The notes beneath the pieces were generated by a model that saw only the letters and a program-made list of their open reading frames with translations, was not told the DNA's origin and did no database searches. 64,000 nt of DNA, from contig JBFWRP010000008.1 in the NCBI GenBank assembly GCA_050248855.1, positions 32,001-96,000 of the forward strand. The letters run 5' to 3'. Every line of letters begins with the position of its first letter. Within the stretch, counting starts at the first letter, position 1. Positions 11,753 through 21,427 of the stretch are shown piece by piece. A program made the translations under genes and the position numbers. This DNA comes from Planctomycetota bacterium (GTDB lineage Bacteria; Planctomycetota; PLA2; JAEUHO01).

Positions 11753-12336
11753 GGCGCCGCGCTCCCCTCGCCGCCGAGGACGCGCGCGAGGTGGTCCTTG
11801 GCCATGCGCCAGTCCAGCTCGACGGTGCGCGGCGCGACGCCCAGCAGGGGCGCGATCTCCGTCGGCGACAGGCCGGCGAAGAGGCGCAGCTCGGCCACGC
11901 GGGCCTGGCGGGCGTCGAGCGCCGCCAATCGCTCCAGGGCGTCGTCCAGGTCCAGGACGTCGACGCCGCGCTCCGCAGCCGGGGTGCCCCCGAGGACCAC
12001 GGTGAAGCGCTCGCGCGCCCGCCCGCCGCCACGCTTGGCGGCGCCCTGTTCGCGCGCGTGGCTGACCAGGACCTGGCGCATGGCGCGGGCGGCGAGGTTG
12101 AGGAAGTGACTGCGGTCTTCGACCTCGGCTTCCGAGCCCGGTCGGGCCAGCTTGATCCAGGCCTCGTGGACCAGCGCGGTGGGGGAGAGCGTGAGCTCGC
12201 CGGCGCCCCGTCCGGCCACCCGCACGGCCAGCCGCCTGAGCTCGCCGTAGAGACGCGCAAACAGCTCGCCGCTCGTGGCGGGGCCCTCGGCGGGTCCGTC
12301 CGCCGGCGGAGGAGGCGGCGCGGGGGGCGGCGTCAT
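11749..12336 (-). CDS. ECF sigma factor (TIGR02999 / kinase-associated type)
   Basis: LYGELRRLA, TLSPTALVHEAWIKL, HFLNLAARAMRQVLV, AAKRGG, LDDALERL, ELRLFAGLS. Confidence 0.92.
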   Translation of the reverse strand: MTPPPAPPPPPADGPAEGPATSGELFARLYGELRRLAVRVAGRGAGELTLSPTALVHEAWIKLARPGSEAEVEDRSHFLNLAARAMRQVLVSHAREQGAAKRGGGRARERFTVVLGGTPAAERGVDVLDLDDALERLAALDARQARVAELRLFAGLSPTEIAPLLGVAPRTVELDWRMAKDHLARVLGGEGSAAP

Positions 12337-12404
12337 GGACGCGAATCGTACTGCCCGCGGAGTCGGACATGCGGTCGGCAGGCACCGTTTGCGTCTCCCC
12401 CTCC

Positions 12405-13379
12405 ATGCCCCCGGCCCCTTCCCTCCCCGATTCCCGCTGGCACGCGCTCTTGCTGCTCCTTGCGCTGGTGCTTGCGGGATGCGGCGCCGCCGCCGAGGAG
12501 AGGCCGGCACTCCGGCCCGGCACGGCCGGGGCCGGGGGCGACCTTCTTCCGGACCGCCTGTCGGCCACCGGGCTCTTCGCGCCCGGCGAGCCGGAGCGCC
12601 TGGCCGACGACGTGCAGCCCTACACGCCGCGCTTCCCGCTCTGGACCGACGGCGCGGAGAAGCGCCGCTTCCTGGCGCTGCCCGCCGGCACGTCGATCGA
12701 CACGAGCGACCCCGACCGCTGGGTGTTCCCGGTGGGCACGCGGCTTTGGAAGGAGTTCGCGATCGCGGGCCGCCCGGTGGAGACGCGCTACCTGCTGCGT
12801 CGCCCGGACGGCGACTGGTCCTTCGCGACCTACCGCTGGGACGCGGACGGGCGCGACGCGACCCGGGCTCCCGAGGCCGGCGTGCCGCACGCCGCCGAGA
12901 GCGCGCCGGGCGTGCCCTACGACATCCCCTCGCAGTCCGACTGCCGGGCCTGTCACGACAGCGGCCTCGGTCCGGTCCTTGGCTACAGCCGCGTGCAGCT
13001 CGAACCCGGGGCCGCCGCGTCGGACACCGAGGCCCGTGCGCTCGGCTACCTGCACGGCAACTGCGCGCACTGCCACAACCCGCGCAGCCCGCTGGCATCG
13101 CTCGACCTCGACTTCGAGGCCCGCGAGCCCGGCAGTGCCCGTGACGCCGAGCGCGTGCGCGCCACCCTCGTCGGCGTGCTGACACGCGGCACCGCGGGCA
13201 CCCGCCTCGTGCCCGGCCACCCCGATGCCAGCGTGCTGGTGCGCCGCGTGCGCTCCACCTCGCCGCTCGATCGCATGCCTCCGCGCGGTACGCGTCTCGT
13301 GGACGCGGACGGCGCCGAGCTGCTCGCCACCTGGGTACGTGCCTTGGAGGCGCCTGCCCCTTCGACCACCTCCCGCTGA
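12405..13379 (+). CDS. putative diheme cytochrome c lipoprotein
   Basis: Lipobox LAGC; PLWTDGAEKRRF and FPVGTRLWKEF; two heme motifs CRACH and CAHCH; RMPP distal Met. Confidence 0.75.
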   Translation: MPPAPSLPDSRWHALLLLLALVLAGCGAAAEERPALRPGTAGAGGDLLPDRLSATGLFAPGEPERLADDVQPYTPRFPLWTDGAEKRRFLALPAGTSIDTSDPDRWVFPVGTRLWKEFAIAGRPVETRYLLRRPDGDWSFATYRWDADGRDATRAPEAGVPHAAESAPGVPYDIPSQSDCRACHDSGLGPVLGYSRVQLEPGAAASDTEARALGYLHGNCAHCHNPRSPLASLDLDFEAREPGSARDAERVRATLVGVLTRGTAGTRLVPGHPDASVLVRRVRSTSPLDRMPPRGTRLVDADGAELLATWVRALEAPAPSTTSR

Positions 13380-13391
13380 ACGGAGCTTCCC

Positions 13392-13976
13392 ATGTCCACC
13401 CTGCACCGTGTCCTCGTCGCCAGTCTCTTCGTCCTCGTCCCCGTGGCGCTCGCCGTCGCCGTCCCGCTGTGGAGCACCCGCGGGGAGGGCGGCGCCTCGA
13501 CGGCGCACGCCGAGCCCGACCGCGTGGAGCGCGGGCGCTACCTCGTCTCGATCTCGGCCTGCACCGATTGCCACACGCCGCACGTCAACGGCGTTCCCGA
13601 TCCGGACCGTCACCTGGCGGGGCACCCGGCCGAGCAGGTGATCACGAAGGCGCCGCCCATGGGCGAGTTCCCCTGGATCGTGAGCGTCAAGGACTCGATG
13701 ACCGCTTGGTCGGGCCCGTGGGGCGTGAGCTTCACGCGCAACCTGACGCCGGACAAGGAGACGGGCCTCGGCACGTGGACCGAAGAGAACTTCGTGACGA
13801 CGCTGCGTGAGATGCGGCATATGGGTCTCGGCCGTCCCCTGCTTCCGCCCATGCCGGCGATCTACGGCCAGAACATGACCGACGAGGACCTGAAGGCGAT
13901 CTACGCCTACCTGCGGAGGATCCCCGCCGTCAGCAACCGCGTGCCGGATCCCCTGCCGCCCGCGGCGGCGAACTGA
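13392..13976 (+). CDS. cytochrome c
   Basis: Signal-like N-terminus, VERGRYLV, CTDCH, NLTPDKETGLGTW, PPMP, DLKAIYAYL. Confidence 0.88.
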   Translation: MSTLHRVLVASLFVLVPVALAVAVPLWSTRGEGGASTAHAEPDRVERGRYLVSISACTDCHTPHVNGVPDPDRHLAGHPAEQVITKAPPMGEFPWIVSVKDSMTAWSGPWGVSFTRNLTPDKETGLGTWTEENFVTTLREMRHMGLGRPLLPPMPAIYGQNMTDEDLKAIYAYLRRIPAVSNRVPDPLPPAAAN

Positions 13977-13979
13977 CGG

Positions 13980-14040
13980 GTACGGAGTCGCGGGTACGGC
14001 TCGTGGCGGCCCGAAGGTGGAATCCCACCCGACTCCGTAC
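13980..14040. repeat. REPIN-like element family A, copy 3 (internally deleted)
   Basis: Only GTACGGAGTCG of the left arm remains; right arm CCCGAAGGTGGAATCCCACCCGACTCCGTAC is complete. Confidence 0.85.
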
Positions 14041-14063
14041 GGCTTCTTCCTACCCTCGCACCC

Positions 14064-15071
14064 ATGCTCGGCCTCCGTACGGCAGTCCTTCTTCTTGCCA
14101 TGCTCTTCGTCCGTCCCGCGGTCGGCGACGACGAGACGCCCGCACTCGTCGGTGAAGTCGCCGCTCGCGTCGGCGCGTCGCTCGTCGCCATCGACGTCGC
14201 GAGCGCCACGACCCGCGTGCTCGTGGCGTCCACGACGTACGATCGTCCGCTGGTCTGGCGTCCCGACGGCGCCGAGCTCTTGTTCTGGGATCACGACGCC
14301 GGCGCCTGGGAGATCCACGCGGTGCCGGCCACCGGCGGGGACGTGACGGTGCTCGCCCCCGTCGCGTGGGGCGGCTCGCGCTCGGCCGTATGGTCGCCCG
14401 ACGGCTCCCGGCTGGCGCTCTGGCGTACGGATCCGGAGGGCCTTGTCGTGCGCGGGAGCCGCGGACGCGGCCAGACCGTGCACGTCGCCGCCGACGTCCA
14501 TCGCGACACGCCGGCGGCATGGCGGCCAGACGGCAAGGCCTTGGCCTTCGAGGCGGCGATCCCGCGCGAGGACCGCCTCGAGTTCGTGTTGCGCATCGCC
14601 GTCGAGGCGGCGGACGGCACGTGGTCGGTGCGCGATGTGGGCGGCGGTCGTCCGTTCGCCTGGATCGAGGAGGGGCGCACGCTGCTCGTCAGCGGTGCGC
14701 GCACGGAGGGCACCCTCGCTTTCGGGCGCGTGGACGTGGAACGCGGCAGCCTGCAGTGGGTCACGCCCGCCGGCCACGAGGACCGCAGGCCCGTGTGGTG
14801 TGCCTCCAGACAGCGCGTCGTGGTCCTTCGCCATGCGCGCGGCAGCGGCGTGCGCGAGGTCGTTTCGTGCTCTGCGCTGGGCGCCGACGCCCGCGTCCAC
14901 GCTTCGGCGAACGGGCCGGAGGGGGATCTCGTCGTGGATCCCCGGGGCCGCTGGATCGCCTGGCGCGAAGGCCCCGACGAAGCGCCGCGGCTGGCCGTCG
15001 TCCCGTGGGACGGCGGCGCCGTCGTGCGGCACGACGTCGCGATCGGTCGCGAGCTTGCCGCGCGGCCCTAG
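14064..15071 (+). CDS. secreted TolB/PD40-like beta-propeller protein
   Basis: Signal peptide; repeated WRPDG / WSPDG motifs. Confidence 0.7.
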   Translation: MLGLRTAVLLLAMLFVRPAVGDDETPALVGEVAARVGASLVAIDVASATTRVLVASTTYDRPLVWRPDGAELLFWDHDAGAWEIHAVPATGGDVTVLAPVAWGGSRSAVWSPDGSRLALWRTDPEGLVVRGSRGRGQTVHVAADVHRDTPAAWRPDGKALAFEAAIPREDRLEFVLRIAVEAADGTWSVRDVGGGRPFAWIEEGRTLLVSGARTEGTLAFGRVDVERGSLQWVTPAGHEDRRPVWCASRQRVVVLRHARGSGVREVVSCSALGADARVHASANGPEGDLVVDPRGRWIAWREGPDEAPRLAVVPWDGGAVVRHDVAIGRELAARP

Positions 15072-15085
15072 AGCCACGGCGGCGG

Positions 15086-15183
15086 GTACGGAGTCGGGTG
15101 AGATTCCACCCTCGGGCTGCCCGACGTCTCCGCATGGGGAAGCTCGCAGCGGCCCGAGGGTGGAATCACACCCGACTCCGTAC
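15086..15183. repeat. REPIN-like element family A, copy 4
   Basis: 98 bp, 31-bp inverted arms; between convergent genes. Confidence 0.93.
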
Positions 15184-15200
15184 GCCCGCCTCCGTGGACG

Positions 15201-17495
15201 CTACCGCTTCTGACGCCTCCGGCGTTCCTCGCGGGTGATGGGTCGCATGGAGGCCGGACGGTAGGAGAGCGGCCACCACGTGCCGGCCTCGCGGTAGCGA
15301 GCGCTGCCCTCGAGCGCGAGGTGGGGGTTGAGGAGATGGGCGCGGGCGATGGCGCAGAGGTCGGCGCGCCCCGCCGCCACGATCGTGTTCACGTGGTCCA
15401 CGCCCTGGATGCCACCGACGGCCATCGTGGGCATGCCCGTGTCGAAGCGGATGCGCTCCGCGAACGGCACCTGGTACATGCGCCCGGCGATGACGCGGCT
15501 GCGCGCGTCGTTGCCGGCGCTCGACACGTCGATCAGGTCCACGTCGATGGCCTGCAGCTCGCGGGCAAACGCCACCGTGTCCTCGATCGTCTGGCCGCCC
15601 TCGTCGTCCATCCAGTCCGACGCGCTGACGCGGACCGAGAGGGGCTTCTCCGCCGGCCACGCCGCCCGGGCCGCGCGCGCCACCTCGAGCGGGAACCGCA
15701 TGCGACCCTCGCGGTCCCCGCCGTACCCGTCGTCCCGCGTGTTCACCAGCGGCGACAGGAAGCTCGAAAGCAGGTAGCCGTGGGCCATGTGCAGCTCGAG
15801 CAGGTCGAAGCCCAGGCGCTTCGCCCGCTCGATGGACGCCACGAACGCCGCGACCAGGTCGTCCATCTCGGCGCGTCCGAGAGCTCGGGGCGGGGGCCCG
15901 GCCTTCCAGAACGGCTGGTCCGTGGGGCCCACCGTGGCCCACGCGCTGGCGTCGGTCAGGGGCCGGTCGCCGGCCCAGGGAAGGCTGCAGGAGGCCTTGC
16001 GGCCCGCGTGGCCCAGCTGGATGCCGATCGGCACCTCGCTATGCCCGCGGATGAAATCGAGCACGCGCGCCCAGCCGCTCTCGGTGGCCGCATCGCAAAG
16101 CGCCGTGCAACCGTGCGTGATCCGCCCCTCCAGCGTGACGCCCGTGGCTTCGGCGATCACGAGGCCCGCGCCGCCGAGGGCAAAGGACCCCAGGTGCACG
16201 AAGTGGTGGTCGCCGGGCACGCCCCCTCGAGCCTGGTACTGGCACATCGGGGACACGACGATCCGGTTGCGCAACGCCAGCTCGCGCAGCCGGTAGGGCG
16301 TGTACGCCGGAGGTGGCGCGTCGTACGTGGGCTGCACGACGACGCCCGCTTGCTCGGCGAAGCGGTCGCGCACGTCCTCCACCAGGTCGGGATCGCGCCG
16401 CTCCAGGTTGTCGTACGTGATGCGCTTGCTGCGCGTCATCAGGTTGAACGTGAACTGCCAGGGCGGCTGCACGAGGTAGCGCTCGCTGTTCTCGAACCAC
16501 TCGAGGCTCGTCTGCGCAGCGTGCTGCAGGCGGTCCGCATCGTCGCGACGGATCTCGTCGTAGGCCGCCAGCGCGCCGCGCCAGTCGGCGAGGCCGTGCT
16601 GGCGGAACGCGTCCACCAGGGCCATCGCGTCCTCCATGGCCAGCTTGGTGCCCGAGCCGATGGAGAAGTGGGCGGTATGCGCCGCGTCACCCAGGAGCAC
16701 GACGTTGTCGTGCGCGTACGTGCCGTTCTTCACGGTGGGGAACGTGCGCCAGATGCTCTTGTTGGCCAGCAGCGGGTGCCCGTCGAGGTGCTTGGCGAAC
16801 ACGCGCTCGCAGTACGCGACGGTCTCGGCCTCGTCGGCCTGGTCCAAGCCCGCGCGACGCCAGGTCTCCTCGGTGCACTCGACGATCCATGTCCCCAGGG
16901 TCTCGGGCTCGCGCTGGAACGGGTACGCATGCACCTGGAACAGTCCATGCTCCGTCTCCTCGAAGACGAACGTGAATGCCTCCAGCGGCTTCGTCGTGCC
17001 GAGCCAGCTGAACTTGCACCTGCGCCAGTCCAGCGAAGGCCGGAACGAGCCCGCCCACGTCTCGCGGACGAGGCTGCGCACCCCGTCGGTCCCCAGCAGG
17101 ACGTCGGCCCCGGCCCGCAGCGCCTCCGGGTCGCCGATGTCGCTCTCGAAGTGGATCGTGACGCCGAGCTCACGCGCCCGCTCCTGCAGGATCAGCAGCA
17201 GGGTCCGGCGCGAGAGGCCCGAGAAACCGTGGCCCGTGGACCGGATGCAGGTGCCGCCCACGAAGGTCTCGATGTCGGTCCAGTGGACGAAGGCGCGCCG
17301 GATGGCCGCGTAGGCCGGGGCGTCGGCCCCGGCGAACCCGTCCAGCGTCTCGTCGGAGAACACCACGCCCCAGCCGAACGTGTCGTCGGGCCGGTTGCGC
17401 TCGTGGAGCTCGATCTCGACCTCGGGAAACGCCTGACGCATCAGGATGCTGAACCAGAGCGAGGCCGGCCCCGCCCCGATGCCGACGATGCGCAT
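15201..17495 (-). CDS. bifunctional salicylyl-CoA 5-hydroxylase / OYE-like oxidoreductase (anthraniloyl-CoA monooxygenase family)
   Basis: MRIVGIGAGPA, DTFGWGVVFSD, GDAAHTAHFSIGSGTKLAMED; C-terminal NRIVVSPMCQY and HMAHGYLLSSFLSP. Confidence 0.92.
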   Translation of the reverse strand: MRIVGIGAGPASLWFSILMRQAFPEVEIELHERNRPDDTFGWGVVFSDETLDGFAGADAPAYAAIRRAFVHWTDIETFVGGTCIRSTGHGFSGLSRRTLLLILQERARELGVTIHFESDIGDPEALRAGADVLLGTDGVRSLVRETWAGSFRPSLDWRRCKFSWLGTTKPLEAFTFVFEETEHGLFQVHAYPFQREPETLGTWIVECTEETWRRAGLDQADEAETVAYCERVFAKHLDGHPLLANKSIWRTFPTVKNGTYAHDNVVLLGDAAHTAHFSIGSGTKLAMEDAMALVDAFRQHGLADWRGALAAYDEIRRDDADRLQHAAQTSLEWFENSERYLVQPPWQFTFNLMTRSKRITYDNLERRDPDLVEDVRDRFAEQAGVVVQPTYDAPPPAYTPYRLRELALRNRIVVSPMCQYQARGGVPGDHHFVHLGSFALGGAGLVIAEATGVTLEGRITHGCTALCDAATESGWARVLDFIRGHSEVPIGIQLGHAGRKASCSLPWAGDRPLTDASAWATVGPTDQPFWKAGPPPRALGRAEMDDLVAAFVASIERAKRLGFDLLELHMAHGYLLSSFLSPLVNTRDDGYGGDREGRMRFPLEVARAARAAWPAEKPLSVRVSASDWMDDEGGQTIEDTVAFARELQAIDVDLIDVSSAGNDARSRVIAGRMYQVPFAERIRFDTGMPTMAVGGIQGVDHVNTIVAAGRADLCAIARAHLLNPHLALEGSARYREAGTWWPLSYRPASMRPITREERRRRQKR

Positions 17496-17598
17496 GGGCG
17501 CCCTCCCGCGGTCGGGGCGGCGCGAGCAGCGGCGCCGCGCCTCCCCCCCGCGCGCGATGGATCGTACCCTCTCCGTCCCGGACCCCGAGGTGAGGACC

Positions 17599-19236
17599 AT
17601 GACCCGTCGATCCGTTGCCAGCATCGTCGCCGCGCTCCTGCTGACCCCCGTCGTGGGGTTCGTGCCTGGAGGCACGGCCCAGGCCAAGGACGCCGAGGTG
17701 GCCACCGTCGTGGCCGAGGAGGGCGTGTTCGGCGCCGCGGTCTCCTTCGATGCGCGCGTCGTCCCGATGGACGTCCACGAGGTCGAGATCGAGACCAACC
17801 GCTACGGCGGACCCTTCGAGGTCGTCGAGGCGCGCGCCTCGGGCCCCGTCGAGGCCGGTGACACGCTGATCCGCTTCGACCCGGCCGAGATCGACCGGCA
17901 GATCGAGCGCGAGCGGATCGAGCTGCAGCTCGTCATGGCCAAGTTCGAGGAGGCCGAGGTCGGCTACGCGCAGACGGTCGAGCGCCTGCGGCTGGCGGTC
18001 GAGGACGCCCAGCGCGACGAGCGCAATGCCCGCCTGGAGCTCGAGCGCTGGAACGCGGTCGAGCGCGAGCTGCGACTGGCCGAGCAGGCGCAGAGCCTGG
18101 AGGCGGGCCGCGAGTTCCTCCAGAACCAGGAGGAGGAGCTGGCCCAGCTCGAGAAGATGTACGGCGAGGACGACCTCACGGAGGAGACCGAGGAGATCGT
18201 GCTGCGCCGGACGCGGCGCAGCGTCGAGCGCGCGCGCAAGAACCTCGAATGGCGCGAGATCCGCCACAAGTACTACCTCGAGGTCATCTTCCCGCGCGAG
18301 GACGAGAAGCTCGACGCGGCCTTGCGCAAGGCCAAGCTCCGTCTGGAGCAGGAGATGAAGACGCAGGAGATCGACAAGCGGGCCGCGGATCTCAACCGCG
18401 AGAAGGCGCGCTTGGACCTGGACGCCAAGAAGCGCAGCCTGGCCGAGCTCGAGGAAGACCGCGAGCAGATGGTGCTGAAGGCGCCGCGCGCGGGCCTCGC
18501 GGTGGCCGGGCGGCTGAACAACGGTGCCTGGCAGGGCATTCGCGAGAACGACCTCACCTACGAGGTCGGCGACAAGGTCAAGCCGGGTCAGGTGCTGTAC
18601 ACGCTGTTCACGGCCAACCACCTCCATCTCGTCGCGGGGATCGGACAGGGCGATCTCGATGACGTGGTTGCCGGTCAGCCCGCGTGGTTCGACCTGGGGC
18701 TGGGCGAGGACGAGCTGTTCCGCGCCGAGGTGGAGCGCGTCGGCCGCTTCCCGCGCGACGACAAGTTCGAGGTCTACCTGCGGCTGACGCGCGGGGACCC
18801 GCGCTTCCAGGCCGGCCAGAAGGCCAAGGTCACCGTGCTCGGCAAGACCGCGCCCGTGTCCGTGCACGTCCCCAAGGACGCCGTGGCCCGTCAGGGCAAG
18901 AAGGCGTACGTCCACGTCGCCAAGGACGGGGCGTTCGTCTGGCAGGAGGTCGAGACCGGCGACGTGATCGGTGATCGCATCGCGATCAAGAAGGGGCTCG
19001 AGCCCGGTACCCGCATCGCGGCGAAGGCGCCGAAGCGCAAGGACGAAGAGGCCGCGGACGAGGGCAAGAAGGAGGGCGCCAAGGACGACGCCAAGGCCTC
19101 GGGCGAGGGCGACGCGAAGGAAGCTCCGAAGGAGGACGCCGCCGCGAAGGAGCCCAAGGAGAGCCCGCAGGAGGAGCCGCCCCAGGAGGCTCCGGCGGAG
19201 CAGCCGAAGGACGCCCCGAAGGTGCCGGGCAAGTGA
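17599..19236 (+). CDS. HlyD/RND-type periplasmic adaptor-like protein with long coiled coil
   Basis: Signal peptide, VEAGDTLIRFD, long helical region, LKAPRAG, VPKDAV, IKKGLEPG; acidic/Pro-rich tail. Confidence 0.72.
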   Translation: MTRRSVASIVAALLLTPVVGFVPGGTAQAKDAEVATVVAEEGVFGAAVSFDARVVPMDVHEVEIETNRYGGPFEVVEARASGPVEAGDTLIRFDPAEIDRQIERERIELQLVMAKFEEAEVGYAQTVERLRLAVEDAQRDERNARLELERWNAVERELRLAEQAQSLEAGREFLQNQEEELAQLEKMYGEDDLTEETEEIVLRRTRRSVERARKNLEWREIRHKYYLEVIFPREDEKLDAALRKAKLRLEQEMKTQEIDKRAADLNREKARLDLDAKKRSLAELEEDREQMVLKAPRAGLAVAGRLNNGAWQGIRENDLTYEVGDKVKPGQVLYTLFTANHLHLVAGIGQGDLDDVVAGQPAWFDLGLGEDELFRAEVERVGRFPRDDKFEVYLRLTRGDPRFQAGQKAKVTVLGKTAPVSVHVPKDAVARQGKKAYVHVAKDGAFVWQEVETGDVIGDRIAIKKGLEPGTRIAAKAPKRKDEEAADEGKKEGAKDDAKASGEGDAKEAPKEDAAAKEPKESPQEEPPQEAPAEQPKDAPKVPGK

Positions 19237-20504
19237 GGCGCGCCTCCGCCTTCCTGGCCGTCCTGCTCGTCGGCCTCCTGCCGACGCCCGGGAGCAGCAC
19301 GCACGCGCTCGCCGACGAGCCGGCTCCGGCACCGGTGGCCGCACCGCCGCAGGCCGAGGCACCCGAGTCCCCGCCGGTCGTCGCCAGCGAGGCGGTCGGG
19401 GCGACGCGCGCGTCCATCGAGCGCGGCGCCGGCTGGCTCGGCGAGAACCAGAACAAGAACGGCTCCTGGGGCAGCTCGGCCAGCAACCTCTGGGACATCT
19501 ACGCGCCGCCTCCCGGTTCCCAGCAGGCCTTCCAGACGGCCTCGGTCGCGCTGGCCCTCTCGGGGCTGCTCGAGAACCGCGAGCGGCTTGCGGCCAGCGC
19601 CGAAGAGCGCGCCCGGATCGACGAGCAGATCGAGCGGGCCACGGTCTGGTTGCTCGACCACCACGCCATCCGCCGCATCCGGGCGGACACGCTCTACAAC
19701 ACGTGGGCCCTGTCGTACGCGCTGGAGGCGTTCGCCCGTCTGCTCGAGCGCAAGCCCGCGCCCGAACGGCGCGCGCAGCTGCGGGAAGGGTGCGAGCGTT
19801 GCATCGACCTGCTCGAGCGCTTCGAGTTCGCGGAAGGCGGCTGGGGTTACTACAACTTCGACGCCCAGACGCGACGTCCGGGGCCCGGCGCCACCAGCTT
19901 CACGACGGCCACGGCCTTGATCGCCATGCACCGCGCCGCTCAGCAGGGCGTCAGCGTTCCCGAGCGCCTGGTCGAGCGGGGCAAGCGCATCATCCGCCTC
20001 TCCTGGCGGCCCGACAACGCGTTCTACTACAGCCCGGACCACCGCTTGGCCGGCGCGCGCATGGGCGTCAACCAGGTCAAGGGCAGCTTGGCCCGCACGC
20101 CGACCTGCCTGCTGGCGCTCGAGCTGTGGGGCGAGCCCGTTCCCGCCGCGAAGTGGCGCAAGTGCTTCGAGGACCTGGAGGAGTTCGGCCACTTCCTGCG
20201 CATCGCGCGCAAGTACCCGATCCCGCACGAGACCTGGTACCAGAACTCGGGCTACTTCTGCCTCTACGGCTACTACTACGCGGCGATGAGCTTGCGCTTC
20301 CTCCCCGCCGACGTGGCGCGCGAGCACGCCGACCGCATCGCATTCCACGTGCGCGGCATGCAGGAAAAGGACGGCTCCACGTGGGACTACCAGCTGTTCC
20401 AGTTCCACAAGGCCTACGGCACGGGGTACTCGCTGCTGGCGCTCGACGAGGCCTTGGACGTGCTGGAGCGACCCCAGGTCGTTGCCGACGACGCGGCTCG
20501 CTGA
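19233..20504 (+). CDS. secreted prenyltransferase/squalene-oxidase-repeat (alpha-alpha barrel) protein
   Basis: QW-like repeats WLGENQNKNGSW, EGGWGYY, MQEKDGSTWD; signal peptide; GTGA overlap. Confidence 0.7.
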   Translation: MRRASAFLAVLLVGLLPTPGSSTHALADEPAPAPVAAPPQAEAPESPPVVASEAVGATRASIERGAGWLGENQNKNGSWGSSASNLWDIYAPPPGSQQAFQTASVALALSGLLENRERLAASAEERARIDEQIERATVWLLDHHAIRRIRADTLYNTWALSYALEAFARLLERKPAPERRAQLREGCERCIDLLERFEFAEGGWGYYNFDAQTRRPGPGATSFTTATALIAMHRAAQQGVSVPERLVERGKRIIRLSWRPDNAFYYSPDHRLAGARMGVNQVKGSLARTPTCLLALELWGEPVPAAKWRKCFEDLEEFGHFLRIARKYPIPHETWYQNSGYFCLYGYYYAAMSLRFLPADVAREHADRIAFHVRGMQEKDGSTWDYQLFQFHKAYGTGYSLLALDEALDVLERPQVVADDAAR

Positions 20505-21297
20505 CCCGGACGACCCGCGCCTCGCGGTCTACGCGACGGTCCGCGACCCGGACCTCGTGCGCCGCGAGCACCGGTTCCTGGCGGAAGGACGGCTGTTGGT
20601 CCGCGCCCTGCTCGCCTCGCGCACGCACGTGGTCGAAAGCGTGCTCGTGACGCCGATCGCGCGGGCGGGCCTGGCCGACGCGCTGGACGCGCGCGGGGAC
20701 GTCGAGGTGCTCGAGATCGAGCCGCAGCTGCTGGAGCACCTGGGCGGCATCCGCTTCCACCAGGGGTGCCTCGCCGCGGCGCGCCGGCCGCAGCCGAAGA
20801 CGGTCGCCGCGCTGCTGGCGGTCGTCGAGGGCCCGGGCCCGCTGCTCGTGCTGGAGAACGTCTCCAACCCCGACAACATCGGCACGCTCCTGCGCTCGGC
20901 GTTGGCGCTGGGCGCGGCGGGCGCCGTGCTCTCGCCGACATGCGCCAGCCCGCTGTACCGCAAGGCGCTGCGCGCCTCGATGGGCGCCGCGCTGCGCCTG
21001 CCCTTCGCCCACGACGCCGAGAGCTGGGAGGCAAGTCTCGTGGCGTTGCAGACGGCGGGGGTCGTGCGGATCGGGTTCACGCCCGCCGCCACGGCCGAGC
21101 CGCTGCCGGCATGGGCGAGGGCCCGGGACCGTGGCCGGCGCGTGGCGCTGTTCCTCGGCGCCGAGCACGACGGGCTCCAGGCGCGGACGATGGCGGCGCT
21201 CGACGTGCTCGTGCGCATCCCCATGGCGGCGGGCGTCGACTCGCTCAACGTCGCCGCTGCCGGTGCCATCGGCCTCTACGAGCTGGCTCGCGAGTAG
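20482..21297 (+). CDS. TrmH/SpoU family RNA methyltransferase
   Basis: FLAEG, LENVSNPDNIGTLLRSA, RASMGA, LGAEHDGL, IPMAAGVDSLNVAAA. Confidence 0.92.
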   Translation: MPTTRLADPDDPRLAVYATVRDPDLVRREHRFLAEGRLLVRALLASRTHVVESVLVTPIARAGLADALDARGDVEVLEIEPQLLEHLGGIRFHQGCLAAARRPQPKTVAALLAVVEGPGPLLVLENVSNPDNIGTLLRSALALGAAGAVLSPTCASPLYRKALRASMGAALRLPFAHDAESWEASLVALQTAGVVRIGFTPAATAEPLPAWARARDRGRRVALFLGAEHDGLQARTMAALDVLVRIPMAAGVDSLNVAAAGAIGLYELARE

Positions 21298-21302
21298 CGG
21301 GA

Positions 21303-21400
21303 GAACGGAGTCGGGTGAGATTCCAACCTCGGGCTGGGACACGCTCTCGCATGCGGGAGGACAACGCGGCCCGAGGTTGGAATCTCGCCCGACTCCGTAC
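21303..21400. repeat. REPIN-like element family A, copy 5
   Basis: GAACGGAGTCGGGTGAGATTCCAACCTCGGG ... CCCGAGGTTGGAATCTCGCCCGACTCCGTAC; 98 bp. Confidence 0.92.
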
Positions 21401-21427
21401 CGTGGCTGCTGCCGTACGCTCTCCGGC

